Below are positions 1 through 9,363 of a stretch of 64,000 nt of DNA, piece by piece. The position numbers and the translations under genes are program-made. Position 1 is the stretch's first letter; every line of letters starts with the position of its first letter. The notes below the pieces were generated by a model. It was not told the origin of the DNA and searched no databases. It saw only the letters and a list, made by a program, of their open reading frames with translations. Origin of the DNA: an uncultured delta proteobacterium (lineage in GTDB: Bacteria > Desulfobacterota > Desulfuromonadia > Geobacterales > DSM-12255); the NCBI GenBank assembly GCA_963787125.1, contig CAWBBV010000012.1, positions 279,337 through 343,336 of the forward strand, given 5' to 3'.

Positions 1-924
1 GACAGAAGTGATACTGTTAACGGTTGTGCCTTGCAATACTTTTACCTTGCTCCATGCAGACGGAACCTCACTTCTGAGGGTCAACGGTTGATCAAAAACA
101 GCATCATCAAGAGTATCAGTCAAATTCAACGTAATCTTGTCACTGCTTTGTGATGCCAGGCTCAACGTAGCAGCACTACGCTCCCGCATATACTTGATTA
201 CTGTCCCAAACGGTGCAACCCAGAGATCCGCCCTTCCCTTCAGGTAGTCAAGGTATGTCGTCAACTGCTCAGGGGTCCACCCACCGTACTCTCCCGGGCT
301 GAAGCTATGAAAGCAGGGGATTAGCCACTTATTGAGGGTGACAGCTTGACTGGTCAGATCCTCAAACTGGCCAACGGTATAGCGAGCCGCATCATAAGCA
401 GGCATATTGAATGTATCAGCTGTCAGATCGTTGAGAGCTTCACCGGTGCCACGTCCTGCAATGTAGTACTTCTGCGCCAAAGCCTTTACATCGCTGTTGA
501 GCATGCCGTAGGGATAGGCAAAGGTAACGGTTTTCTGCCCCGGTATTTTCGTATTAATCAATGATTGCGACGCCGTAAGTTGATAATCGGCTTCACTTAA
601 GGGGAGTGACGTGAGAAATGGGTGAGATTTGGTGTGGCTGCCGATTTCATGGCCTTTATTGGCAGCATCTTTCCATGAATCCCACATGTTGTAATAATCC
701 GGAAAATCAGTAGCAAGGAAAAATGTCCCTTTTAAACCTCTCGCCTCTAAAGCAGGCAGAACAGTAGAGTATTGAGAGGGGTAGCCGTCGTCAAAGGTCA
801 GACTGACTGCCGCTGCCTTGTTTGCATGCCAGACCACGGTTGTGTGTGGCCCGGCTGCTGCTGCCGTTCCCGCAAAAAGCGAGAGGGTAAGCAATATGGC
901 TATGATCCGTATGCGAGTTTTCAT
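1..924 (-). CDS. Secreted polysaccharide deacetylase (CE4/NodB-like), 3' end runs off the window
   Basis: Not in ORF track (truncated). Manual translation from ATG at 924: MKTRIRIIAILLTLSLFAGTAAAAG (signal peptide), SLTFDDG, GHEIGSHTKSH, FAYPYG, CFH. GAGG upstream. Frame open to position 1. Confidence 0.85.
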   Translation of the reverse strand, partial: MKTRIRIIAILLTLSLFAGTAAAAGPHTTVVWHANKAAAVSLTFDDGYPSQYSTVLPALEARGLKGTFFLATDFPDYYNMWDSWKDAANKGHEIGSHTKSHPFLTSLPLSEADYQLTASQSLINTKIPGQKTVTFAYPYGMLNSDVKALAQKYYIAGRGTGEALNDLTADTFNMPAYDAARYTVGQFEDLTSQAVTLNKWLIPCFHSFSPGEYGGWTPEQLTTYLDYLKGRADLWVAPFGTVIKYMRERSAATLSLASQSSDKITLNLTDTLDDAVFDQPLTLRSEVPSAWSKVKVLQGTTVNSITSV

Positions 925-954
925 AATCCCTCACGTATATTATCTTACCGCTTT

Positions 955-3900
955 TTATTTTTTCATGATCTCCACTATGCTCAGATTCCAGCGATCACTT
1001 ACCGGTGCGATATTATTTATGGTAACTACGGTTCCAGCCGGCTGGATTGTGGCGTTTTGCCGCTGTACCCAGGTAGTGTAATCGTTGGGGTCCAGATTTT
1101 GATGTACCATGACCTGATTAGGTCCAAGCGAGCGTGCAACCGCATGATCCCAGTCTGTCCCCACGCCGAACACCCATGAGTCGGCACTCTGGGTGATAAG
1201 GGAGGCTGTCGGTGCACCGGTCGCTGAACTCCCGCCGCCAACGGCTCCTACCGGAGTCGCAATATTTACATCGGCAAATGCAACCAGAGTTATGGAAGCT
1301 GGAATATTCTGTGACAGCGCCGCGGTTACTGTCGTATGACTCAATGGCGTCGTGGCAAAAGCACGCCAGATTTCAGCCGTCCCGAATTGTGCATTAGTCC
1401 GCCGCACCAAAGTCCAGTTTAATCCGCCGCCGGTCACTCCGGTTACGGTTGTATTGGCAGTGGTACCGGTGGTTGCGGCCGCAACGAATGCCAGCAAAAG
1501 TTCGTCACCAGCCCTGGTAGAAAAAACAGGAGTCGTAATACTCGGAGCAAAAGAGCTGGAATCCATGAAAGTGGTGACGTCAACAACAAGGCCTGTTGCA
1601 GAGAAGTTTATTCCGGCGATATTGGTGCCGTTCATAACTACCGCCGCAGATGCCGGTGAGAACGTAATCCCGCTTTTGGACGGCGTAACGGTGTAGCTGC
1701 CATTGGCCAAATTAGTAAAGCTATAGCTGCCATCAGCAGCGGCTGTAACTGTGGCAACCCTGGTTGCACCTTCAGTCAGCGTTACCAATGCTCCGCCACC
1801 TGCAGGCGCCGGACTGATGCTGCCGGAAAGGGTATTTGTATTGATCGATTCCGCGAGGTCCAGAGTGAGAAAGACTACTCCGTGCGGCGGTAGTGTGACC
1901 GCTATCTCCAGCGTGCCGTCAGCAGCCGGTATCCGCAGTACTGACTCAACTTCGGGATTAACCTGTGCGAGCGCCGCATAAGTTGTTCTGTTCGTATTAA
2001 AGATGTTGATCAAATCTACGACTGTGTCATCGGTGTTGAATGGATCCAGATCATAGGGGGAGAGGCCGTTACGCCAGACTCCAAGGCTATCCGCAAGCCA
2101 CCTGGTTGAATAGTTGCCATGATTACGATCGATTCTGTACCAGGTTGCTTTCACTCCGGCAGCGGGGACGCCGGTTAGCCTCAGGAGTAACGGCTCACTG
2201 GCAGAAGCAGAGCGCGTGCCGTTATGATTGAAAAGCATCAGCCGTGCCTGTCCGATAACGCCGCCAACAGGCCTGACAGCCAGCCCCCCCACCACGTCAC
2301 TGGCCAATGTCTGTTGTCCCGCGACTTTTGTGCCGGTCAAGCTGACGCCGCCGGCGAGATGCTGTTGAAAAAGGTTGAGCACATTGCGGAGCGGTGGAGG
2401 CACGTCAGCCTTGCCGGTGTTCCAGAGCGAGCTCCAGTGAAGATCCTGTTCAACAACTGTATCTGTGAGCAGCGCGAAATATGACCCTCCGAGCTCTGTT
2501 CCGTCGAGTCGCGAGTACATGACAGCGCCATTTTCATCATCAAGAACATACCCTTCGTCAATACTCAGCGGGATACCAGCAAATTTGGAATATGGCGCCA
2601 GTGCAGCGCGAATGTTTGCAACTGCAGATGAAATTTTAACCGGATTGTCGTCATAGTAAGAGAAACTTAAGGCCGTCGGTACGACCGGTGATTCACCCGG
2701 AATACTGAAAGTACCAGCCTGGATTCGGGCTGCCAGTGCCGGGATCAACGAAGAGCTTGTGGACATGAAATTGCCCGGATTGATGCTGATCCGTGTCCCT
2801 ACGTCCGGATTCGCTGCCCGTGCCGCGGAAACAGTGTAATCATAAAACTTGAACCAATCCTGCGTGCTTCCGGTCCACCAGCCGCTATAATCAGGCTCGG
2901 TGCCACAGCGGTAACGCCACGTCGACACCTCTTCGGCCCCATAAAGTGTTTTAAGATTTAAAAAGAGGGCTTTGATAAAGTTGTAATATTTATTCCAGTC
3001 TTTAGGTGGGCTCGTGTTCGTGCCGAAATCACCGGAGATTGCCGTCGGGTCGCTTGCCAGCAAGACTGGAGAATAGGAAAGCACGATATAAGGTTTGAAA
3101 CCGGCAGCCAGGACAGTGTCCAGCTTCGTCGTTAATCTTTCAAAGTGATAAACCGGATTACCGGAACTGTCTTCGTCATAAAGTTCGTTTTCCGGAAAGT
3201 CAAGCATCCCACCGGTCGCATTAAACATGGCCACAAACTTGATTATCGCTGGGTCTGCATCGGCGGAGGTAACCGGAACAGGCACCCACAAAGCCCAGGT
3301 ATCCCAGGGTGAATGAACCGTTCTTGTACCTGTTTCTGCAAGATTGATTTCGTATGTCGTAGTTAACGTATTATTTACAATGATCGTTACCGGTGAAGAG
3401 AGGCTGTTATTGCCGGCGGCATCATAGGCTCTGGCTGTGAGGGTATAGCTGCCATTGGCTTTAGTGGCAGTATCAGCACTGTAGCTAAAAGGGGCGGATG
3501 TATCAGTGTAGTCAAGAATGCCATTCACATAAAACAACACCCTGGTGACGCCGATGTTATCCGCAGCTGTGGCACTGATCGTGATCGTCCCTCTGACGGT
3601 AGCGTTGTTTGCCGGCGCTGTTATGGAGACAGTCGGCGCCTGTGTATCAGCTGCCAAAGTAATAGTGGTTGAAGCACTGCTGCGGTAAGAAATATTACCG
3701 GCAGTATCCTTTGCCCAGGCATAAAGCGTTTTTGTCCCGGCAGAGGTAAAGTTGTAGCTTGTCGGAGCAGTGCTGCTCCAGCCGCTGCTACTTACCCTTG
3801 GCGTTATACTGCTGGTACTGAGGTAATAGCCGGTCACGCCGACGTTGTCAGTGGCAACGAACCTGATTCCTGTTACCTGCAAACTGCTGGAAGTGGACGG

Positions 3901-4032
3901 GAGAGTAAAGGATGTGATGACCGGTCTGGTTCGATCTATGGCAGCAACGGCGACATTCGGCATCAACGCGGTTATGCAGACAATAATCAGCATGCCGGTT
4001 AAAGCGATGAGTACTTTGTTGGCATTAAGCAT
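955..4032 (-). CDS. Secreted multidomain protein: Ig-like (Big) domains + GH39-like glycoside hydrolase + C-terminal beta-sandwich domains
   Basis: Signal peptide; DTQAPTVSITAP...ARAYDAAGN Ig repeat; clan GH-A-like motifs WRYRCGTEPD (cf. NEPD) and PLSIDEG; ADGSYSFTNLANGSYTVTP carboxypeptidase-regulatory-like domain. Confidence 0.7.
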   Translation of the reverse strand: MLNANKVLIALTGMLIIVCITALMPNVAVAAIDRTRPVITSFTLPSTSSSLQVTGIRFVATDNVGVTGYYLSTSSITPRVSSSGWSSTAPTSYNFTSAGTKTLYAWAKDTAGNISYRSSASTTITLAADTQAPTVSITAPANNATVRGTITISATAADNIGVTRVLFYVNGILDYTDTSAPFSYSADTATKANGSYTLTARAYDAAGNNSLSSPVTIIVNNTLTTTYEINLAETGTRTVHSPWDTWALWVPVPVTSADADPAIIKFVAMFNATGGMLDFPENELYDEDSSGNPVYHFERLTTKLDTVLAAGFKPYIVLSYSPVLLASDPTAISGDFGTNTSPPKDWNKYYNFIKALFLNLKTLYGAEEVSTWRYRCGTEPDYSGWWTGSTQDWFKFYDYTVSAARAANPDVGTRISINPGNFMSTSSSLIPALAARIQAGTFSIPGESPVVPTALSFSYYDDNPVKISSAVANIRAALAPYSKFAGIPLSIDEGYVLDDENGAVMYSRLDGTELGGSYFALLTDTVVEQDLHWSSLWNTGKADVPPPLRNVLNLFQQHLAGGVSLTGTKVAGQQTLASDVVGGLAVRPVGGVIGQARLMLFNHNGTRSASASEPLLLRLTGVPAAGVKATWYRIDRNHGNYSTRWLADSLGVWRNGLSPYDLDPFNTDDTVVDLINIFNTNRTTYAALAQVNPEVESVLRIPAADGTLEIAVTLPPHGVVFLTLDLAESINTNTLSGSISPAPAGGGALVTLTEGATRVATVTAAADGSYSFTNLANGSYTVTPSKSGITFSPASAAVVMNGTNIAGINFSATGLVVDVTTFMDSSSFAPSITTPVFSTRAGDELLLAFVAAATTGTTANTTVTGVTGGGLNWTLVRRTNAQFGTAEIWRAFATTPLSHTTVTAALSQNIPASITLVAFADVNIATPVGAVGGGSSATGAPTASLITQSADSWVFGVGTDWDHAVARSLGPNQVMVHQNLDPNDYTTWVQRQNATIQPAGTVVTINNIAPVSDRWNLSIVEIMKK

Positions 4033-4055
4033 TTGATTTCCCCTATCTAATTACC

Positions 4056-6656
4056 TTATCTGGTTACAATCAAACTGGCCCGTTTTGTCACTGATCGATA
4101 AACCGCTGAAATGGTGACAGTTCTGCTGCTTAATACCGGCGAAGTGGTGATGGTGAAATTCGCACTGCTGCTTCCTGCCGGCACCGTTACGCTGGCAGGC
4201 AAAGTAGCTGCCGTCGAATTGTCGCTCAGTGAAACCTTTGCACCGCCGGTCGGCGCCGGACCACTAAGGATTACCGTTCCCTGGGAAGTTTTCCCGCCGG
4301 TAACAGTGCCCGGGTTAACTGAAAGCGTACTCAATGCCGGCGGATTGACTGTGATGCTCGCCGTCCTTGTCACCCCTTTATATGCAGCAGAAATGGTGAC
4401 TGCGGTAGAACTGCTCACCGGAGTAGTCGCAATATTGAAAGTCACACTGTTACTGCCGCCCGGCACCGTTACAAAAGCAGGCAGAGTAGCTGCGCTGGAG
4501 TTGTCGCTCACTGAAATATTCACACCACCCGTCGGTGCAACACCGCTCAAAGTTATTATGCCTTGAACTGTTGTCCCGCCGGTCACAGCAGTTTGGTTAA
4601 CAGAGATCAAAGTCAGATCCGGTGTCAGCGAAACAGTCCCCTGAACTTTAACAGTCGATACTGCAGACCCTACCTTTACCTTGACGCCATTATTTGTCGT
4701 TCGGTAATCGGCAGCAGTGGCCGGCAGGTTATTCAGCAGAACGTTCAGACTGCTGGCGTATAGAGGCGGTACGACGATCTCAATTGCAGTTGCCGGGTCT
4801 GTTGCTCCGACAACAGTTATTGTTGCAATGTAACCATCTGCGGTGATTTCGACCCTGGGGGTAACAGACACCTTGGCGCGCAGCCGCCACCAGTCGTTGA
4901 TGCCGACCGCATTGCTGCGCAAGAGCCGGGGTTTGGTAAGGCTGTAGTTGAGATACTCCTTGGCAACAGTGCCGGTATCTGATGGTTGATGGCCATAAAA
5001 ATTAATTAATCCACCAAGATTGTAATAGAAATCAATTGCCGCCCTTATAGAGGCGACAGTTTGATCCTCAGACCGCTGGGAGATCTCTGAACCGACATAC
5101 CAGTCACTGACAGGCTCTGAAATTGTTGAGAAAATTTTACCGGGCGTCTTATGAGAGAATGTTCTGTGGGGGAAGGGACCAATTTTCTGCTCGCCCATGG
5201 CAAGGACAGCCCCCAACTCATCGAGAATTTCAAGGGAACCTTCCCTGGTTGAGTTGAAGTAAGGAGAAGTCCAGGTGCGCGGACAGTTTTTTGTTGAGCT
5301 GCACCCTCCCCTGCCATTATCCAGACCTGTCAGCCAACCCTCAAGATCGGTAAATGACTTGAGGATGGATGCGGCAGCATAATTTTTTCCGCTTGTGTAG
5401 CCTGCCGTTGTCGTGTCCAGAGCCTCATCAGGACCCCAGTGCCAATAATCGTAGTCAGTCGGCACCAGGCTGACATTTACCGGATTTTTGAGACCACCGT
5501 TGTGGGAGCCGATTGTTGCGCCATAACTGGTAACAGCATTACGCAGACCGGCTATTACTGCCGGATTCCCACTCATGTCGTCACGCAATGCACCGGTGCA
5601 GAAATAATAATCTCCCTTGAAACCGAGGCTTTTTTCGTACTGGGCAGAAGCTTCTATCCCACGGATATTAGTCTGGTCGTTTTCAAAATCATGACGTACT
5701 ACCAGAGCCGCATCATGCTCGTAAGGCCAGGGACTGACTTTGACAAGCGGCAGCTTGAATGATTCAAAGGCCCACTCAATCGCACGTCGATAAATAAGAT
5801 AGGCATACATTCCCGGGTCTGCGCTGCCGTTAGAGATAAACGGCTGAAATACGCCGTGATAGATAAATTGCCCGGCCCCATAATTCTTAACAGTCAATAG
5901 CGGCCCTGCATCACCATTTGCTATAACGGTCGCGCCACTGGCAATCACTTGCCACGCATAGTGTTGACCATGGAGCAGATGCTCCGGAGACACTCCTAGC
6001 GGAATCTCTTCCGCAGTCAAAGGCGCGCGCCAAACAAGATTACCGGCAGGAAGATGGGAAACCAGACGATGGTCGCCATTTTTAGTAAAATGCATGTTCA
6101 GATACCAGTTTAACAGGTCGTGACTCTGCATGTGCAGACCCATTTCACTGGCGAGGGCAAAATCGCCACGGGTTGTACCGTCAGGTCTACGGGAAAATGA
6201 TGAAGATCCTGATAGCAGGAATCCGCCGGCGTTGACATAATCGCGCAACATGGACACTTCATTGTCGTCTATAGCTTCGGCAGCCAGGCTGATAAGTATC
6301 GGGTAACTGGGGGTGCCGTCGGTTTTACGTAATTTACCGGCAGCAATATCACTGTCAGAAATTTCGACAAAAGGAGTTCCATCGGAACGGAGTGATTCTT
6401 TTAAGGATTCATAGCCGACAAAATAGCGCCAGGAGGTATAAAACCACTCATAGCCGCTTGTCCCTGGTACGGTCGGTGTCGGAGCGGTAGCTGGGAGTGT
6501 TTCCAGCGCTTTTGTCAACTCGGAAACATGTATCGCAACAAGCGGTTCGGGAACAGTCGCTGCAGATCCACTGCCTGCTGCCAGCGACATACCTAAAAGA
6601 AGCAGGCATAATATTATAATTATGCGGCTATATGGCCTTTGCGCCGGGAAATTCAT
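4056..6656 (-). CDS. Secreted protein with polysaccharide deacetylase-like domain and two tandem C-terminal Ig-like repeats
   Basis: Signal peptide; VVRHDFE, IGSHNG, NFYGH motifs; two ~97 aa repeats (VTGG..QG...LSG.APTGG..VS.SDNS.AATLPA.VTVP.GS). Confidence 0.65.
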   Translation of the reverse strand: MNFPAQRPYSRIIIILCLLLLGMSLAAGSGSAATVPEPLVAIHVSELTKALETLPATAPTPTVPGTSGYEWFYTSWRYFVGYESLKESLRSDGTPFVEISDSDIAAGKLRKTDGTPSYPILISLAAEAIDDNEVSMLRDYVNAGGFLLSGSSSFSRRPDGTTRGDFALASEMGLHMQSHDLLNWYLNMHFTKNGDHRLVSHLPAGNLVWRAPLTAEEIPLGVSPEHLLHGQHYAWQVIASGATVIANGDAGPLLTVKNYGAGQFIYHGVFQPFISNGSADPGMYAYLIYRRAIEWAFESFKLPLVKVSPWPYEHDAALVVRHDFENDQTNIRGIEASAQYEKSLGFKGDYYFCTGALRDDMSGNPAVIAGLRNAVTSYGATIGSHNGGLKNPVNVSLVPTDYDYWHWGPDEALDTTTAGYTSGKNYAAASILKSFTDLEGWLTGLDNGRGGCSSTKNCPRTWTSPYFNSTREGSLEILDELGAVLAMGEQKIGPFPHRTFSHKTPGKIFSTISEPVSDWYVGSEISQRSEDQTVASIRAAIDFYYNLGGLINFYGHQPSDTGTVAKEYLNYSLTKPRLLRSNAVGINDWWRLRAKVSVTPRVEITADGYIATITVVGATDPATAIEIVVPPLYASSLNVLLNNLPATAADYRTTNNGVKVKVGSAVSTVKVQGTVSLTPDLTLISVNQTAVTGGTTVQGIITLSGVAPTGGVNISVSDNSSAATLPAFVTVPGGSNSVTFNIATTPVSSSTAVTISAAYKGVTRTASITVNPPALSTLSVNPGTVTGGKTSQGTVILSGPAPTGGAKVSLSDNSTAATLPASVTVPAGSSSANFTITTSPVLSSRTVTISAVYRSVTKRASLIVTR

Positions 6657-6868
6657 AGCGACCGCCTTCGTTCTGAGCCACGCCGGCTACGGCGGTCAGA
6701 ACCGTCAAACCTGACACTTCTTTTGCGTCGCAACAGGTCATATTCGGGCACTACCCAGCCCTCCTTGCGCAAGAATGAACTGACGGAGCCTTTCTCAAGC
6801 AACAGATCGAGCATTTCAGGCCGCACCATATCAAAACTGTTATCCTTGTACATGACCCTGATGAGCAT
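6653..6868 (-). CDS. GSU3473-family small protein
   Basis: MLIRVMY..D...DMV...LD.L...F.R..GWV pattern with Arg-rich DRR/ERRR tail; ATGA overlap with next gene; GGGGGA RBS-like element. Confidence 0.75.
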   Translation of the reverse strand: MLIRVMYKDNSFDMVRPEMLDLLLEKGSVSSFLRKEGWVVPEYDLLRRKRSVRFDGSDRRSRRGSERRRSL

Positions 6869-6916
6869 GACCGTCCCCCTATCAGTTTGTATACATAACT
6901 ATACTTTCAATATATC

Positions 6917-6932
6917 AGCATCAACTGTGCCA
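6917..6932 (-). promoter_or_regulatory. Sigma-54 (-24/-12) promoter
   Basis: Minus strand TGGCACAGTTGATGCT, ~50 bp upstream of the GSU3473-family gene. Confidence 0.75.
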
Positions 6933-6993
6933 TACTGCAACACACTGTTATTGTTAAATAAATATACTAATGCAATGTTTTGTCTTTTGAATT

Positions 6994-7010
6994 TGTAAGT
7001 AGTTTCGACA
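6994..7010 (-). promoter_or_regulatory. Putative enhancer-binding-protein site (TGTCR-N7-TWACR)
   Basis: Minus strand TGTCGAAACTACTTACA, 63 bp from the -24 GG. Confidence 0.6.
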
Positions 7011-7033
7011 TATCCTTTCAGAATTTTTTGCAG

Positions 7034-8293
7034 TTAAGCCATTATTGCCGGATGCCGTTCCGACTTATGAGTATTGGCAGGTTCCATAAAGAAACTGACG
7101 GAACCATGCTCAACCGTTTCAGCACCTGCTCCAATCGCTAAACGGATGATCCGGCATATCTGCCGGATCTCCCCGGATCCGACCGCAGTACCTGTTGGTA
7201 GCGAAAGTACACGCTTTACCAGCTTTTCGGTTTCCGGCAGCACTAATCCTGCGTGGGGACTATAGGAGCGGTATGGCTCCATTCTATGACATCCTGGATA
7301 AAAGTATCGCCTTGCCAGCACATTTTCAGCACGAAGAATCTCCACAAGTGCATCTCTGGATACTCCGGTTATGGATTCATCTATTTCCAAAACAATATAT
7401 TGGTAATTACATTTTTCCTGTCGATCATAGGAGATTATACTCACTCCGGGGATGTTCCTGAGTTCCTGCTTATATGACTCGTAGTTTTGATAATTTACGG
7501 TAATGAAGTCTTCGATGCTCTCCAGGTTGGTCAAACCGGTCAAAGCCGAAAATTCATTCATTTTGCCATTCGTGCCGACATAGATGACGTCATCAACGAT
7601 CCCGGAAAACCCGAAATTTTTCATCAAACGGATTTTCTTGGCCAATTCATCATCGTTGGTGGCAATTGCGCCACCTTCGGAGGTGTTAAAGAATTTAGTC
7701 GGATGAAAACTGAATACTTCGGCATTGCCAAAACTACCCAACATCCGCCCCTGACAAGAGTTTCCGAAGCCGTGAGCTGCATCGAAGAGAAGTTTCAGCT
7801 TGTGATCTGCAGCTATCTTCTCCAATTTTTCGATGTCACAGGGTCGCCCCCAGAGATGCACTCCAATTATTCCGCTCGTTCTTGGGGTTATCATCTTTTC
7901 AATGCAGGCAGGATCAATGGTATGGGTTTTGGGGTCAATATCGCAAAAAACCGGCGTAATCTCCTGCCACTGCAATGCATGGGCAGTCGCTACAAAAGTG
8001 AACGAAGGAAGTATTACTTCACCTTTCAATTCCAGCGCCCGGATTGCAATTTCCAGCGCTATCGTCCCGTTGCAAAGGGCTATGCAGTGCTTCACACCGA
8101 TCATTTCAGCGACTCGCTGCTCAAACTCCTGGACATAAGGGCCATTGTTACTGAGCCACTTCCTGTCAAGCATATCGTTGACCCGTTCCAAAAGACGGGT
8201 TCTATCACCAAAATTGGGACGACCAACATGGAGCGGTTCTTTAAATAGCGGCGTTCTACCAGATATGGTTGAATTTTCAGTCTGAGTATTCAT
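7034..8293 (-). CDS. DegT/DnrJ/EryC1/StrS family NDP-4-keto-sugar aminotransferase (VioA/DesI-like)
   Basis: LFDAAHG, FSFHPTKFFNTSEGG (PLP Lys), NGKMNE, RRYF. Confidence 0.9.
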   Translation of the reverse strand: MNTQTENSTISGRTPLFKEPLHVGRPNFGDRTRLLERVNDMLDRKWLSNNGPYVQEFEQRVAEMIGVKHCIALCNGTIALEIAIRALELKGEVILPSFTFVATAHALQWQEITPVFCDIDPKTHTIDPACIEKMITPRTSGIIGVHLWGRPCDIEKLEKIAADHKLKLLFDAAHGFGNSCQGRMLGSFGNAEVFSFHPTKFFNTSEGGAIATNDDELAKKIRLMKNFGFSGIVDDVIYVGTNGKMNEFSALTGLTNLESIEDFITVNYQNYESYKQELRNIPGVSIISYDRQEKCNYQYIVLEIDESITGVSRDALVEILRAENVLARRYFYPGCHRMEPYRSYSPHAGLVLPETEKLVKRVLSLPTGTAVGSGEIRQICRIIRLAIGAGAETVEHGSVSFFMEPANTHKSERHPAIMA

Positions 8294-8352
8294 CTTGTAT
8301 CCCCCTCTTCACTCACCATTCATTAATATAGGCACACTAACCAATGCAGGGA

Positions 8353-8892
8353 CTAATTAGTAAAATCTTCGGCGCAGATCCCCATTAAGAGCACATCTTT
8401 CCACTTTCCTTGCTTGAACACATGACTTCTAAGTGTGCCTTCGACGCTGAAGCCGATGCTTTTATAGCTCTGTTCTGCTCTGGGGTTATCGGTCAGAACT
8501 CCGAGGTGGACTCGCTTGAGACCAATCTCTTCAAAGGCGTATGCAAGCAGCTGGCGAATTGCCGACTTTCCGTACCCTTTAGAGCGTTCGTCAGGATCAC
8601 CGATAAAAATTCTGAGCTCGGCATTTCTAGAGATCCAATTGATCTGACGAAGATAAATATCACCGATATGCTTGTCAGTGTCACGGATGCACATGGCAAA
8701 ATTTATCTCATCGGCAACAGGTGAATGGGCAGCGTAAGCGGTTTTACGTTCCAACCATGTTTGAGTCGCCTGTTTGCTCGTATAGCGGAATGAGCCCCCG
8801 ACCATTTCATACAGCTCTTTATCGTTATGCCACGCATGCAATCTGTCCAGGTCTGACATCTCCAGTGCTCGTAAATAGATCGGTTCCTTCAT
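8353..8892 (-). CDS. GNAT (RimJ/RimL-like) N-acetyltransferase
   Basis: RSKGYGK acetyl-CoA motif, GFSVEG.LR; start moved to ATG 8892 after AGGAGG (the ORF-track start lies inside the IS). Confidence 0.85.
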   Translation of the reverse strand: MKEPIYLRALEMSDLDRLHAWHNDKELYEMVGGSFRYTSKQATQTWLERKTAYAAHSPVADEINFAMCIRDTDKHIGDIYLRQINWISRNAELRIFIGDPDERSKGYGKSAIRQLLAYAFEEIGLKRVHLGVLTDNPRAEQSYKSIGFSVEGTLRSHVFKQGKWKDVLLMGICAEDFTN

Positions 8893-9037
8893 ATCTCCTC
8901 CTTTTCGGCTGAACCGTTGTGTCAAACTTCTTGACATGTCTTTTTGCTTTTCAGTTCTAATTTCAATGCATTACCAATCAAAGTCTTGCCTCCCCCCGTG
9001 ATTCTGGTTAAGAATGCCAGTTATGGAGGGCTAGCTC

Positions 9038-9292
9038 ATGTCGTACCTATCCAAAACTGCCCGGTTTGTTGTCTGGATTTGCTCCAAGTTTACAAAGACC
9101 GAGATTGAACAGATCGTCGTCGGGTTGTCAGATGTCCTCGAAAATCGTAATCCTGAAGTTAAGCCAAAGGACGATTTCAAAGAGAAACATCCGAACTACA
9201 GAAACTTTATTGTCGATCCCAAGCCGCCACTGACTGAGCCCCCAAAGTTTAAAAAAAAGACCTCGATCAAAAAGACTACCGGCAACTCCTGA
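9038..9292 (+). CDS. Transposase N-terminal ORF (orfA), likely fused to the downstream ORF by -1 frameshift
   Basis: GGAGG RBS; A8G run at 9251-9259 just before its stop. Confidence 0.6.
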   Translation: MSYLSKTARFVVWICSKFTKTEIEQIVVGLSDVLENRNPEVKPKDDFKEKHPNYRNFIVDPKPPLTEPPKFKKKTSIKKTTGNS

Positions 9293-9363
9293 TTGAGTAC
9301 GAAACACTTCACGGAAAGTCTCTTGCTCCGGTCAAGCTCCGGGCGGGTTCATCACCGGTTCCA

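Noticed and set aside
8893..8937. N-terminal extension of the GNAT in the ORF track
   Set aside because: The upstream ATG lies within the IS end; a strong RBS precedes ATG 8892.
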